This document shows, piece after piece, positions 1 through 10,126 of a DNA stretch of 64,000 bases. The DNA lies in the IMG/VR virus record IMGVR_UViG_3300023176_002545; one strand, written 5' to 3'. The DNA is from a virus. The notes under the pieces are model-generated. The model saw nothing but the letters and a program-made list of their open reading frames with translations. It had not been told where the DNA came from and made no database searches. Positions within the stretch are counted from its first letter, which is position 1, and every line of letters begins with the position of its first letter. A program made the translations under genes and the position numbers.

Positions 1-2
1 TG

Positions 3-866
3 GCAACACTACAATTTAGTACACCCATCTATATTAGTCCTCCAGTAAAAGTAAAACAACTAGGTGTAGTAACTCAAATTACTATGAGTATAGGTGATGA
101 AGAACGCGGCACTATTGAAACAGGTATTAATATTCCTGGTGACTCGATACTATTCCCAGGATGGGATCAAGAAGCACCACAAGGATTTAAGGCTAATATA
201 GGATTAAATCCAGATGATTGGCATTTACTTGTAATAGGAACATATTCAGAGCTTGTTAATCCTATGGGTCTACAAGCACAGTCAGAACTAGATGTACCAA
301 CACCTAATGGAACAAAAGGTTCATGGCAAGGAATACTTGATGCAATGCCTGGGCAATATCGTGCAGGACTTTCTAAAATATTCTTAAAACGTTCAGATAC
401 AAACGCACCTATTGTTGGATACATTACACTGAATCCGTTAGATGATAGAAAACTTGTAGTAAATTGGGATGAAGATACTCAACCAACTAATACACTACTT
501 ACAGGTCCTACACGTACAGATGGAAATATAAATGCTGTTGTTGATCCTCAAAGAGCAATACCAAATGTTGGTCCAGGTGTTAGATTCTTAATTACAGGAA
601 ATATAGGTGATATTTCCAATGTTGACGGTCCTGATGCATGGAAAAATTTAGATGGTAGTGACTTTATAGCTGAAGAAAATGACATTATAGAATGGGACGG
701 TCTCAAGTGGCATATTATATTTGATGCAAGCGAGTATGCCGGTGATCCTATTTATGTTAGAAATATTAATCCTAATAGTGGTCTACAATTTAAATGGGAC
801 GGAGATCAGTGGATTAAAGCCTGGGAAGGCATTTACGAGCCAGGAAACTGGCAAATCATCCTCTAA
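3..866 (+). CDS. 5'-truncated virion protein, probably gp15-like tail sheath stabiliser/completion protein
   Basis: The frame is open from base 3 (ATLQFSTPIYISPPVKVKQLGVVTQIT) into the tracked ORF 84..866, so the true start is upstream of the window. The PIYISPPVKVK-LGV motif resembles what I recall of gp15-like proteins in large T4-like phages. Confidence 0.5.
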   Translation, partial: ATLQFSTPIYISPPVKVKQLGVVTQITMSIGDEERGTIETGINIPGDSILFPGWDQEAPQGFKANIGLNPDDWHLLVIGTYSELVNPMGLQAQSELDVPTPNGTKGSWQGILDAMPGQYRAGLSKIFLKRSDTNAPIVGYITLNPLDDRKLVVNWDEDTQPTNTLLTGPTRTDGNINAVVDPQRAIPNVGPGVRFLITGNIGDISNVDGPDAWKNLDGSDFIAEENDIIEWDGLKWHIIFDASEYAGDPIYVRNINPNSGLQFKWDGDQWIKAWEGIYEPGNWQIIL

Positions 867-883
867 ATCAAATAACTACTTAT

Positions 884-1336
884 ATGAGTAATAAAATCAT
901 TTGCAGTGGTGCTATCGTCTGTTCACTAAAAACTAAGCGATTCCTGCTGCTACAAAGGACACATCAAAAGCAAATAGGCCAATGGGGATTAGTAGGAGGA
1001 ACTAATGACTCAAATGAGTCTCCATGGGAAGGTCTAACGCGAGAGATTATAGAAGAAATAGGTTCTTTACCTAACTTTGTTAAAGTTATTCCATTAGAGC
1101 TTTTTGTTAGTAATGATGAAAAATTTAATTTTCATACATATCTTTGTTTTGTAGATGAAGAGTTTATACCTGTTTTAAATGAAGAACACTCGGGATATTG
1201 TTGGGTTGATTTTGGTGTGTGGCCTAAACCCTTACATCAGGGGTTGCGAAATACTTTAAATAATGCTACAATAAAAACTAAAGTATTAACCGCAGTCGAT
1301 GTATTACAATATATCGAGGATCAGAATGATAATTAA
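884..1336 (+). CDS. Nudix hydrolase
   Basis: Complete Nudix box GX5EX7REUXEEXG: GTNDSNESPWEGLTREIIEEIG. Confidence 0.92.
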   Translation: MSNKIICSGAIVCSLKTKRFLLLQRTHQKQIGQWGLVGGTNDSNESPWEGLTREIIEEIGSLPNFVKVIPLELFVSNDEKFNFHTYLCFVDEEFIPVLNEEHSGYCWVDFGVWPKPLHQGLRNTLNNATIKTKVLTAVDVLQYIEDQNDN

Positions 1337-1856
1337 AGATTTATGGCCTACAAAATTAATACAGTTCAAATGGGATAATCAAGAACTATTAGGTAATGTT
1401 GTTAACGACATTATTCTAAAATTTCCCGATGGTATTAGTGATAGTGAACGTCCCGATATAGAAGAATATCCTGAAATTAAACCAGCATATGATTATGTTA
1501 ATGACTGCGTTGAAAAATTTTTAGAGGTTGAATTTCCTAAACAAGGAACTTATTCTTTTAGCTGGTGGGTACATGTTTATAGACAAGGTGCTACACATCA
1601 TATACATAATCACTTAGGCAGTCAGTTTACTGGTATACTTTATCTTGCAACACCTCCTGTAGGCGGAGAACTAGTATTACACGATCCAAGAGGTAATGCT
1701 AACAGAGGTTATAATAATAATTTAAAACATATGTTTGATCCTATTATATTAAAACCCGAAGCAGGTGATTTGTTTATATTTCCTAGTTTTGTTTGGCACA
1801 ATGTTGAAACTGTAAAAGACATGCGTATATGCATGCCATTCGATGTGTGGTGTTAA
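1326..1856 (+). CDS. Putative 2OG-Fe(II) oxygenase (phage/TIGR02466-like)
   Basis: HxH...H triad (HIHNHL ... FPSFVWHNV), GILYL and LVLHDPR motifs. Start moved to ATG 1326, which has GAGGA at 1316-1320. Confidence 0.8.
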   Translation: MIIKDLWPTKLIQFKWDNQELLGNVVNDIILKFPDGISDSERPDIEEYPEIKPAYDYVNDCVEKFLEVEFPKQGTYSFSWWVHVYRQGATHHIHNHLGSQFTGILYLATPPVGGELVLHDPRGNANRGYNNNLKHMFDPIILKPEAGDLFIFPSFVWHNVETVKDMRICMPFDVWC

Positions 1857-1857
1857 T

Positions 1858-2319
1858 ATGCTACTACCTAGTGTTAGTCTATCGTACGATGAATTTGTAT
1901 CTTTAATTAGAAGCGAGCATGCTTTTAATGAAGACATGGTTAGTTATATTGATCGAAAAGGCTTGCAACACTATTTAAAATTTGACGATTATATTTCATA
2001 TCTAGGTAAAATAGATAACTTATTGTTAGACAAGGATATAACAATTAAAGTAGAAAAATATGAAACTATGTGTAACTTTAATAAAGGCACTGTTCATATA
2101 TTTTATGCTAAAGAAGGAAGTCCTAGTTTTGACGAGCATTGTGATCCTGTAGACTTAATGTTGCAAGTAACACATGGTGTAAAAACAATAGAAATGAATC
2201 AAAGAGATTATACGTTGCATAAGGGAGAACGTTTATACATTCCTGCAAGTACATTACATCGTGCAACAAACAAATATGAAAGCATTATGCTATCTTGGGG
2301 TATAAATGACTGTACATAA
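1858..2319 (+). CDS. JmjC/cupin-type Fe(II)/2OG oxygenase
   Basis: SFDEHCDPVD (HxD), HGVK, LYIPASTLHRA (distal His). ATG 1858 directly follows the upstream TAA. Confidence 0.7.
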   Translation: MLLPSVSLSYDEFVSLIRSEHAFNEDMVSYIDRKGLQHYLKFDDYISYLGKIDNLLLDKDITIKVEKYETMCNFNKGTVHIFYAKEGSPSFDEHCDPVDLMLQVTHGVKTIEMNQRDYTLHKGERLYIPASTLHRATNKYESIMLSWGINDCT

Positions 2320-3331
2320 TGCTACACAATATATGTCCTATATTAAAACAACCGAGACTTGTAATTTAAACTGTTCTCATTGTTTTACTAACGGTACAAG
2401 TGGACGTAAGATTTATTTTAACCCTGTTGCTACAGCAGACTTTTTTAATAGGCTGTATGCCAAAATGCCCAACAGTGGAATAGCGTTTGAGTTTCACGGT
2501 GGTGAGCCTATGCTTGCACCTGTAGAAGATATGAAACTGTTTCACAAACTGACTTACGATGTTTGGGGTGACAGAGCATACTATGGCATGACTACTAACC
2601 TAACTTATAAACTAACAGACGATAAACTTGATTTAATATACGGAATATTGCACAAGCGTTTGGGTACAAGTTACGATCCGTTTATACGTTGGGCAAATGA
2701 AAAACAACAAAAATTATGGGAAGATAATGTACGTCAACTAACAGCAGACGGTGTTGAAATCAAATGCTTTGTAAGTCTAAGCAAGGACATGATACAAGAA
2801 AACCCAGCAGATGTTATTGAATATCTTATTAGTTTAGGAATACAAGAAGTTGACTTTGAACGTTTAACTTCAGACGGTAATGCAGTACGCAATCCTAAAA
2901 TATTTCCTACAAATATAGAAATACAAGATTGGTATATGCTGCTTCATAAAGAAACACAAGCAAGAGGTTTGCGTGATAAAATATACAATCAAACACTTGA
3001 AAGTGTGTATATGAAGTTTGAAGAAGGCATTACTCGTGCAAGTACATTTTGTAGAGACTGTGAGCAAAAACTGTTTACTGTAAATGCAGATGGAACTATT
3101 GCAGGATGTCCTAACTCAGCACCTACAGCACACTATGCACACATAAGTGATGACATTGACACTGTGTTATATCATCCAGAACGTATGTGTAACATTGCTA
3201 ATGAATTAAATAGAAATCCCAAGTGCTATGAATGCCCTGTGCAGTTTTATTGTGGTGGCGACTGTTATAAACTTGCGTGGGAAGGCAATGTATGTCCTGC
3301 ACCTAAAAAACTTATGTTGGAGTTGGCATAA
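2306..3331 (+). CDS. Radical SAM/SPASM enzyme 1
   Basis: CNLNCSHC, FHGGEP and C-terminal SPASM cysteines (CRDC...GC...CYECPVQFYCGGDC...C). Confidence 0.93.
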   Translation: MTVHNATQYMSYIKTTETCNLNCSHCFTNGTSGRKIYFNPVATADFFNRLYAKMPNSGIAFEFHGGEPMLAPVEDMKLFHKLTYDVWGDRAYYGMTTNLTYKLTDDKLDLIYGILHKRLGTSYDPFIRWANEKQQKLWEDNVRQLTADGVEIKCFVSLSKDMIQENPADVIEYLISLGIQEVDFERLTSDGNAVRNPKIFPTNIEIQDWYMLLHKETQARGLRDKIYNQTLESVYMKFEEGITRASTFCRDCEQKLFTVNADGTIAGCPNSAPTAHYAHISDDIDTVLYHPERMCNIANELNRNPKCYECPVQFYCGGDCYKLAWEGNVCPAPKKLMLELA

Positions 3332-4365
3332 TGGATTTAATTATTAAACCAACAGAAGCGTGTAACTTTAAATGTACATTCTGCTCGTCAACTAAGATTG
3401 ACCCTAACAATGCAGGACTACTTGATCACGATTACATTTTTAGATTTTTAAAACGCTATCCTGATACAAACACTATTATTGTAAATGGTGGCGATCCACT
3501 AATGGTCGAGCCAGACTATTACTGGAAGATTATCAAGTTTTTAGATGAACATAATATGCCTGCAACTATTAGTTTTACTAGTAACTTGTGGCCATTCTAT
3601 GTTAAGCCGGACAAGTGGGTTGAACTGTTTAATCATCCACGCATGGGTATTGCTACTAGCTTCCAATACGGTAGTGGCAGACTTAAAGGCGATATGAGTG
3701 TGTTCACTGAAGAAGATTTTTGGAAAGTATCAGACAAGATGTTAGAGCTTGTAGGATACCGTCCTGAGTTTATTGCTGTTATTGATGATATGAATGATTG
3801 GAGTATTATTAAAACAGTTGAACTTGCTAAACAAATGGACGTAGTATGCAAAGTAAACTATGCTATGGCCAGTGGCGAACAAGGTTACACTTATCGCCTA
3901 AGCAAAATATATAAAGCGTATTTAGACATACACGAAGCAGGTCTTACTCCTTGGGAATATAACACACAACAAATGATACGCAGACTGCAAACTGACACAA
4001 CTACGTGTCCGCAGAACAGACACTGTGACGAAGGTATTAGAGCATTTAATCCAGGTGGTGACTATTACAGTTGTGGCAGCTTAGGTGATGACAAAGATTA
4101 TCCTATTGACTTTGAATATGAAATGTCAGGCGGATTTAGCACACCATTGCAAGATGCACCTGAACTTATATCAATGAAGCAGGCTTGTTTGACTTGTCCT
4201 ATGTTCCGTATATGTAACGGCTGTCGTAAAACCGTGCGAGATCATAAACGTGAAGGTGTTGTAGAAGATCATTGTTTTCAAATGAAACAACTTGCACCTA
4301 AGATACTAGAACTTAATGGTCAAGATCCTAACGAAGTTACACCTTATGTGAGAGAATATGACTGA
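3331..4365 (+). CDS. Radical SAM/SPASM enzyme 2
   Basis: CNFKCTFC, NGGDP and SPASM-like CPQNRHC...YSC...CLTCPMFRICNGC...HC. Confidence 0.93.
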   Translation: MDLIIKPTEACNFKCTFCSSTKIDPNNAGLLDHDYIFRFLKRYPDTNTIIVNGGDPLMVEPDYYWKIIKFLDEHNMPATISFTSNLWPFYVKPDKWVELFNHPRMGIATSFQYGSGRLKGDMSVFTEEDFWKVSDKMLELVGYRPEFIAVIDDMNDWSIIKTVELAKQMDVVCKVNYAMASGEQGYTYRLSKIYKAYLDIHEAGLTPWEYNTQQMIRRLQTDTTTCPQNRHCDEGIRAFNPGGDYYSCGSLGDDKDYPIDFEYEMSGGFSTPLQDAPELISMKQACLTCPMFRICNGCRKTVRDHKREGVVEDHCFQMKQLAPKILELNGQDPNEVTPYVREYD

Positions 4366-5275
4366 GTTTACTGTTAGCATAAACCCTACATACTTTTGTA
4401 ACTTTCGTTGCGACTTTTGTTATCTTACACCAGAGCAACTAGCAAACAAACATCGTATTAGCCCACAAGAACTTGATCAAAGATTAAGCGAAATAACTGT
4501 GCCTATTACACACGTTGACTTATATGGCGGTGAAATAGGATTACTTGACAAAGATTACTTTTACAGCATTAAAAGTGTAATAAAAAAACACTTTGCTGGT
4601 ACTATAAATATTAATACTAACTTTAGTGCAAGACCGGATTTCTTTTTAGACGACGATGTGCATGTTAGTGTGAGCTATGATTTTGAAGCACGTGAGCTAA
4701 GTGACACTGTGTTAAGAAACATATTATTGTTTCCTAAAGATGTAAGTGTACTTGTTTTAGCAAGCCCAAAAGTATTAGCAACAGACGTAGACTTTATGAT
4801 TAACACATTTAATATGGTTCAGAATATTAAGTGTGTTGAGATAAAACCTTACAGCACTAACCAAGCAAATGCACACCCTGTTACACACAAAGACTTTGAA
4901 GAACACGTTAAAAAATGGATAGAGTCACCAATACAAAAGCAATTTGATTTTGTAAATGTTGACGAGTTAGAAGATGTATTAGATGGAAAACGTAATGCAT
5001 TTTCAAACGATCATGTTTATATTACTCCAGATGCTAAGTTTGGTGTGCTAGAGTTTGATGACAATGATAATGAATATTTTGAAAAATATAATAAATTTGA
5101 AGATTATCTATTTTGGGCCGATCAAGAGCCAACAAAAAATTTAAGTCCTATATGTCATAGTTGCGAATACTATGGAAAATGTTTAACAGAACATTATAGA
5201 TTTGTACATGACTTAGATAATGGATGCAATGGTTACAAAGGATTAATAGACTGGTATGCTAGACTGGAAGATTAG
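4358..5275 (+). CDS. Radical SAM enzyme 3 with C-terminal Cys cluster
   Basis: CNFRCDFC, YGGEI and C-terminal CHSCEYYGKC...GC. Confidence 0.9.
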   Translation: MTEFTVSINPTYFCNFRCDFCYLTPEQLANKHRISPQELDQRLSEITVPITHVDLYGGEIGLLDKDYFYSIKSVIKKHFAGTININTNFSARPDFFLDDDVHVSVSYDFEARELSDTVLRNILLFPKDVSVLVLASPKVLATDVDFMINTFNMVQNIKCVEIKPYSTNQANAHPVTHKDFEEHVKKWIESPIQKQFDFVNVDELEDVLDGKRNAFSNDHVYITPDAKFGVLEFDDNDNEYFEKYNKFEDYLFWADQEPTKNLSPICHSCEYYGKCLTEHYRFVHDLDNGCNGYKGLIDWYARLED

Positions 5276-5675
5276 ACAACAACTTTTTAATTCTACTGCG
5301 GAAGAATTTACAGACGACTTAAATTTAGTTAATATTCGCACAGAAGAAGATAGTGTTACTTGGGCAGTAAAACACTTTAACGAACGTGTAGACGAATGGG
5401 TATATCCTGCTAAAAGTTATTTTGTAGCAATATGTTATGCTTATTGGATTAGTTTAGATTTTCGTTACGACTTTATTGAACTGCTAGACGACAAAGACTT
5501 GTTAGCAGGCAACGATCCATACTTTAAAACTTATAGTGAAGATAAAGCAACTTACAATGCTATACTTGATCAGGTTGAACTACCTGATCCTTCATCTCAG
5601 ATGGGAATGGTGCCCGACGTTCGATCGTATTATGAGGAAGAGATGATGTTTGACGAGTATCCCCTACATAGTTAA
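5256..5675 (+). CDS. Hypothetical protein in the radical SAM locus (139 aa)
   Basis: Overlaps the stop of rSAM3 in operon fashion. Acidic, with the YPAKSY...DLLAGNDPYF segment. No function recognised. Confidence 0.65.
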   Translation: MLDWKIRQQLFNSTAEEFTDDLNLVNIRTEEDSVTWAVKHFNERVDEWVYPAKSYFVAICYAYWISLDFRYDFIELLDDKDLLAGNDPYFKTYSEDKATYNAILDQVELPDPSSQMGMVPDVRSYYEEEMMFDEYPLHS

Positions 5676-6771
5676 AAAATTCACGTATAGGACATACGCC
5701 CGGCGGTAAGTCTCTTGCACGGTTCTTCCAGTCCCATTGTGTATAACAACGAAAACCACAACGATCAAAATAAGGACAACTTAAACAACCTACTTCATCC
5801 ATGTATGCTTGCATAAGGTTGGTGTTGTCTTTTCTAATATATGCATGATTAAAGTCATTGCGTGTATAACGATGCCAACGACAGTTTGCAGTTGTGTTGT
5901 CAGGGAATATTGTGAGCTTGTTTAAACTCATACAGTGCATTTGATTTTTATCTTGTGTTAATAATTCTCTATAAGGAAATACCATAGGATAGTTATCTGC
6001 AATATATTTCATAAACTTCAAATACAAACTATCACTTGGTACTAGATGATCGTAACCTGGATCAGGAATAAAATCATCAAAGAACAAATCAAAATTTTTG
6101 TACAAGTAATCAAAATACTCATCGCCAGCAAACAGTGCGTTAATACTGTCTGTTGTTGCTACTAGGTTAATAGTAGACACATAGTCTTTGAAACGTTCGA
6201 TATTTTTAGTGTATTGTCCGCCTGTAGGACGACCGCTTAGATCATAACTAGCAATCAGTTTACTTGGGATGTCTACTGCATTTAATTTGTCTAACAGTGT
6301 ACGTACATCTTCGTGATATTTGAATAAAAAGTTGCTGACCCAAACTACTTGTATTACATGTCCGTACTTGTCACAGATTTTTTTAATCTCAAGCATTAGA
6401 TCATAATACATAGGATACAGTGTTTCTCTTGCACGGTCTTGAAACAGCTCTCCGCCTACCATATTAAACTGCATAGCATGTACTTTGCCTTGCATCTTTT
6501 TACAGTGTGCTTCTACTAGAGGAAGTTTAGCAAGCATTTCAGGATATGTCATGCCCACTGTACTGTCTTTGTCATGAAAGCAAAAGTCGCACACAATAGG
6601 ACAGTTTTCAAATAGAGTGATTTCTATTTCGCCAATAAGAGGACGCTTACGCTCTAGTATCATATGCGTAACTGCATTTGCTGCTTGTTGTTCCGGAGTG
6701 TCTAATAAATGATCGTCGGTAACATTTTCAGGCATTAATGCTTTTAATATTTCTGTGCCACAACCGCCCAT
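5560..6771 (-). CDS. Radical SAM/SPASM enzyme 4
   Basis: CPIVCDFC, VGGEL and HC...NC...CLSCPYFDRCGFRC...VC. Confidence 0.92.
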   Translation of the reverse strand: MGGCGTEILKALMPENVTDDHLLDTPEQQAANAVTHMILERKRPLIGEIEITLFENCPIVCDFCFHDKDSTVGMTYPEMLAKLPLVEAHCKKMQGKVHAMQFNMVGGELFQDRARETLYPMYYDLMLEIKKICDKYGHVIQVVWVSNFLFKYHEDVRTLLDKLNAVDIPSKLIASYDLSGRPTGGQYTKNIERFKDYVSTINLVATTDSINALFAGDEYFDYLYKNFDLFFDDFIPDPGYDHLVPSDSLYLKFMKYIADNYPMVFPYRELLTQDKNQMHCMSLNKLTIFPDNTTANCRWHRYTRNDFNHAYIRKDNTNLMQAYMDEVGCLSCPYFDRCGFRCYTQWDWKNRARDLPPGVCPIREFFNYVGDTRQTSSLPHNTIERRAPFPSEMKDQVVQPDQV

Positions 6772-7895
6772 TATCTATAACCTATATTATTGTAAAGTGC
6801 CATTACGTTTTTATTTATAAGGCACTCGTTTTGTTGTATTACATCTGACATGAGTGTTTGTATTAGCCTTGAGTTACAATTTTCAACATACTCACAGTTG
6901 TTGCACACAAGGTTAGGTATATTTTTATACTGTTGTATTTGCAAGTTGTGCTTTTTATTCATTATACTTGTTAGCACACTGCCTTCTATTGGTATCTCAA
7001 AGCTCTCATGATATATTGGAGAGTTTTCATATAAGAAAGGAACAACATATAACTTGTCGTTATTAACAGTAACAATAACTTCGTTAAAGTTTTTATGACT
7101 ATTATCACTTTGTTGCCAAATAAAGTTTTCTTTAAAACGTTTTTCGTCTTTGTCTACAACACTTTGTATACTGTTATTCCAGCCTTGTATTATGCCTAAC
7201 ATTTTGTCAGGCTTGTTTACCATTGCACGTACTAGACTAGGTCCCCATTCTACAACAGTACCCCATTTTTTACGCACACTTTCTATTTTATCCAATACAT
7301 CATCGTCAACTTTTTGTGTAATATTACAAAGCAGACTTACTTCATACTCAACACTACTTGCTTCCATCATTGCAAGGCGTTTTTCAATAAGACTGTGTAC
7401 GTTTGAGTTATCCAACATATGCAAGTCAACTGCTATTTGTACATCAAAAGGACGCTCACAAAGATAACTGTTTTCAACATGTTTAATTACTTGTTCAACA
7501 CGTTCGTCTCCGATGAAAAAATCAACTGAACAGTTGTGTTGCAAGCCTCCTTCTTCAGGTAAAGCATCAACTATTTTACGAAAACGAGGATCTTCTAATA
7601 CAGGTATAATATTGCCGCTTGAAAAGAAATCGGTAGGTCCTACAATAATATCATCAAGCACATATTGTTCGGTTAGTTCATCAACTAATTGTGCTGCTAG
7701 GTCAAGTCCTAACCCTGTTCCGTAGTTTTTTCTGCGTTTAACAAAACAACCTGAACAGTTATATGCACACCCTTCAAGTATTTCAAGCATGAGTTGTATT
7801 TTTATTTTGTTTTGATCAGCAGGATTTACAAAACCTTCATCATGATAATCTGTTTTATTTTTGTTTAAGTAGTCTTGCCAATCTTTACGTAGCAT
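6771..7895 (-). CDS. Radical SAM enzyme 5 (GPTD subfamily)
   Basis: GCAYNCSGCF, VGPTD and CNNCEYVENC...EC. Start set at ATG 7895 (MLRKDW), overlapping the upstream stop region. Confidence 0.85.
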   Translation of the reverse strand: MLRKDWQDYLNKNKTDYHDEGFVNPADQNKIKIQLMLEILEGCAYNCSGCFVKRRKNYGTGLGLDLAAQLVDELTEQYVLDDIIVGPTDFFSSGNIIPVLEDPRFRKIVDALPEEGGLQHNCSVDFFIGDERVEQVIKHVENSYLCERPFDVQIAVDLHMLDNSNVHSLIEKRLAMMEASSVEYEVSLLCNITQKVDDDVLDKIESVRKKWGTVVEWGPSLVRAMVNKPDKMLGIIQGWNNSIQSVVDKDEKRFKENFIWQQSDNSHKNFNEVIVTVNNDKLYVVPFLYENSPIYHESFEIPIEGSVLTSIMNKKHNLQIQQYKNIPNLVCNNCEYVENCNSRLIQTLMSDVIQQNECLINKNVMALYNNIGYR

Positions 7896-8964
7896 TATAG
7901 CTCTCCAATACACGTAAAGGATATACACAGTCTTTAAATTTATAGTGTTCCATATACTTTAGTACATGTTTACTCATACATATTTCTCTACGACTACAAT
8001 TTTCACAACTTGTAGTTTCTGATAGGTAATCTAGCTGTTCTAAATATAATGTTGTTTTTAAATCAGTCCAACTTTTAATGTCTGTAGGATTTTGCACACG
8101 AAACTCATCAGTTTTTATTAGTGCTGCTTCATAAACAAACGGAGTTGAATAAAACTCTCCTTGACTGAATGTATAGTTAAGTTCAAACGGACCACCTTGG
8201 TCTTTGTCTGCAATAGTCATTGCAAGATATTCTTTATTTGTATCGTTAAAAGTATTTTCAATAGTCTTAACCCAGTCATTAATTAAACGTTCGTGTATTA
8301 CACCTTTGCTGTAACGTTGATAGCTAGGTAGTGTTTCCAATATACTTTCGTATTCATCACGCACTATGCGACTTATTTCTGCTAGATTTTCAATATTGCT
8401 ATCTATATTAAATGTAATGTAATAATCTACAGGATCAGTAAACTTGTTTAGTACTTCATGTATACGTGCAATGTTATTTTTTCTATATGTAGGATCTAAA
8501 ACTTGTTTAGGATCTATTACAACTTGGAAACCATATAGAAAATCATCACGCTTTGGTATACTGTTGAACTTCTCTATAACTTGGTCAATGTATTTGTCGT
8601 CTGCTTGCAGTGTACTTGGCATTTCAATAGTAGTACAACGACTTACTAGCGTTCTAAAGTTTTCGTAATCTAGTAAATCTAATATATTCAAGTTACCAAA
8701 CACATCTGTAGGACCAATGTTTACACTTGTAAAGCGTATATTGTTAGACATAAACAGTTCTTGTGCATCAAGTACCTTTTGAATGTCTTCGTTTGTAACT
8801 TGTTGACGTCTACGATTAACAAAGCACCCTGCACAGTTATGTATACAACCATCAAGAACGTCTAGAGTCATGTTTACTTTTATTTCGTGAGCATTTGCCA
8901 CACCAATATTGTAATCTTCGTGTCCTCTAGTTGTTTCCCAATAGTTATTTTTTACGATTGGCAT
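7885..8964 (-). CDS. Radical SAM enzyme 6 (GPTD subfamily)
   Basis: GCIHNCAGCF, IGPTD and CENCSRREIC...DC. Confidence 0.85.
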   Translation of the reverse strand: MPIVKNNYWETTRGHEDYNIGVANAHEIKVNMTLDVLDGCIHNCAGCFVNRRRQQVTNEDIQKVLDAQELFMSNNIRFTSVNIGPTDVFGNLNILDLLDYENFRTLVSRCTTIEMPSTLQADDKYIDQVIEKFNSIPKRDDFLYGFQVVIDPKQVLDPTYRKNNIARIHEVLNKFTDPVDYYITFNIDSNIENLAEISRIVRDEYESILETLPSYQRYSKGVIHERLINDWVKTIENTFNDTNKEYLAMTIADKDQGGPFELNYTFSQGEFYSTPFVYEAALIKTDEFRVQNPTDIKSWTDLKTTLYLEQLDYLSETTSCENCSRREICMSKHVLKYMEHYKFKDCVYPLRVLESYNAT

Positions 8965-10126
8965 GGTATACTTTCTTTATTTCTTCTAGTCGTTCATCGC
9001 CGTCTTCAGTTACTAAGAACTTTTTGCGATAACCTTGCTTGTCTGCTTCAACTGAATAGTCTGTCCAGTCATACATTTCTGCTGCACTTTTATTATAGTT
9101 ATAAATGTTCTTCATCATATTTTCTTTAGGTGCAATACAAGTGTCTACACCTAAGTAATCACGTAGTAATATTACTTTTCTGTTATAACAACTAAAGAAC
9201 AAGTCGCAATTTTCACACTCTGTACCTTTTGCACGTTCCATTTGTGTTAGTGTCTTGTAATATGCTTCGTCTAAGTCCTTAACTTCAAACTGTTCATCAT
9301 ACAATGCCATGTTTTCATACATAAATGGACTCAAATACCACTTGCCCTTCTTAAAGTTAAGTACTGTGTAGTTGTGTCCAGCATGAGAATGGTCAACCAT
9401 GATGTTGTTTAGATGAGTGTCTTCAGGTAGTGCTTCAAAAAATGCATTAAACTGGTTAAGTGTACGCAATATTATGTTAGGTTTATGGCTACGACTAACA
9501 CTTGGTATAAAGTCAATGGTAGTATCAAACTCTTTAACTACAAAATCATGTATTTGTTCATAGTCTAAGTCATATTGTCTAATGTTTACAATGAATGTGT
9601 ATGTACATTCGTGTTTTAGGTTAGCATCAATGTACGCAATACAACGTTTGAGCTGTTGTATGTACAATATGTCCTTGTAACGCATTGGATCTGTTGCAAT
9701 ACCTACCTCTATTTCAGTATCAGTGTTAACATTGGCGTGTAAGAAGTTAATCCAACGCTCTAAGTAGCTCATGTCTTGCTCTAAAAAGGTTGTAGTGAAC
9801 GCAAGTATAGGAGAGTTTTCATTTATCATAGACAACAAGTCGGGATCTTGCATTACTTGGTAAAAGTTTTCGCTAGACAGGCAGTCTGTTGGGCCTATTA
9901 GTACTTCATCTACTAAAATTCCCTTGTCAGTTATGCGTTTTACAAACTCACGGCACTGTTTTAAGTGATTTTCTTCAGGAGCATTGCCTCTACGGTGTAC
10001 AAAACAGCCCGGACAAGCGTGTATACACCCGTCTAACACATCTAATTGTATTTTTACGGCACTAACTGGTTTAGTTTGTGTTTCTGTTGTTAGCTCGTAG
10101 TACAAGTTGTTCTTAATGACTGGCAT
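8945..10126 (-). CDS. Radical SAM enzyme 7 (GPTD subfamily)
   Basis: GCIHACPGCF, IGPTD and CENCDLFFSC...TC. Confidence 0.85.
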   Translation of the reverse strand: MPVIKNNLYYELTTETQTKPVSAVKIQLDVLDGCIHACPGCFVHRRGNAPEENHLKQCREFVKRITDKGILVDEVLIGPTDCLSSENFYQVMQDPDLLSMINENSPILAFTTTFLEQDMSYLERWINFLHANVNTDTEIEVGIATDPMRYKDILYIQQLKRCIAYIDANLKHECTYTFIVNIRQYDLDYEQIHDFVVKEFDTTIDFIPSVSRSHKPNIILRTLNQFNAFFEALPEDTHLNNIMVDHSHAGHNYTVLNFKKGKWYLSPFMYENMALYDEQFEVKDLDEAYYKTLTQMERAKGTECENCDLFFSCYNRKVILLRDYLGVDTCIAPKENMMKNIYNYNKSAAEMYDWTDYSVEADKQGYRKKFLVTEDGDERLEEIKKVYHANRKK

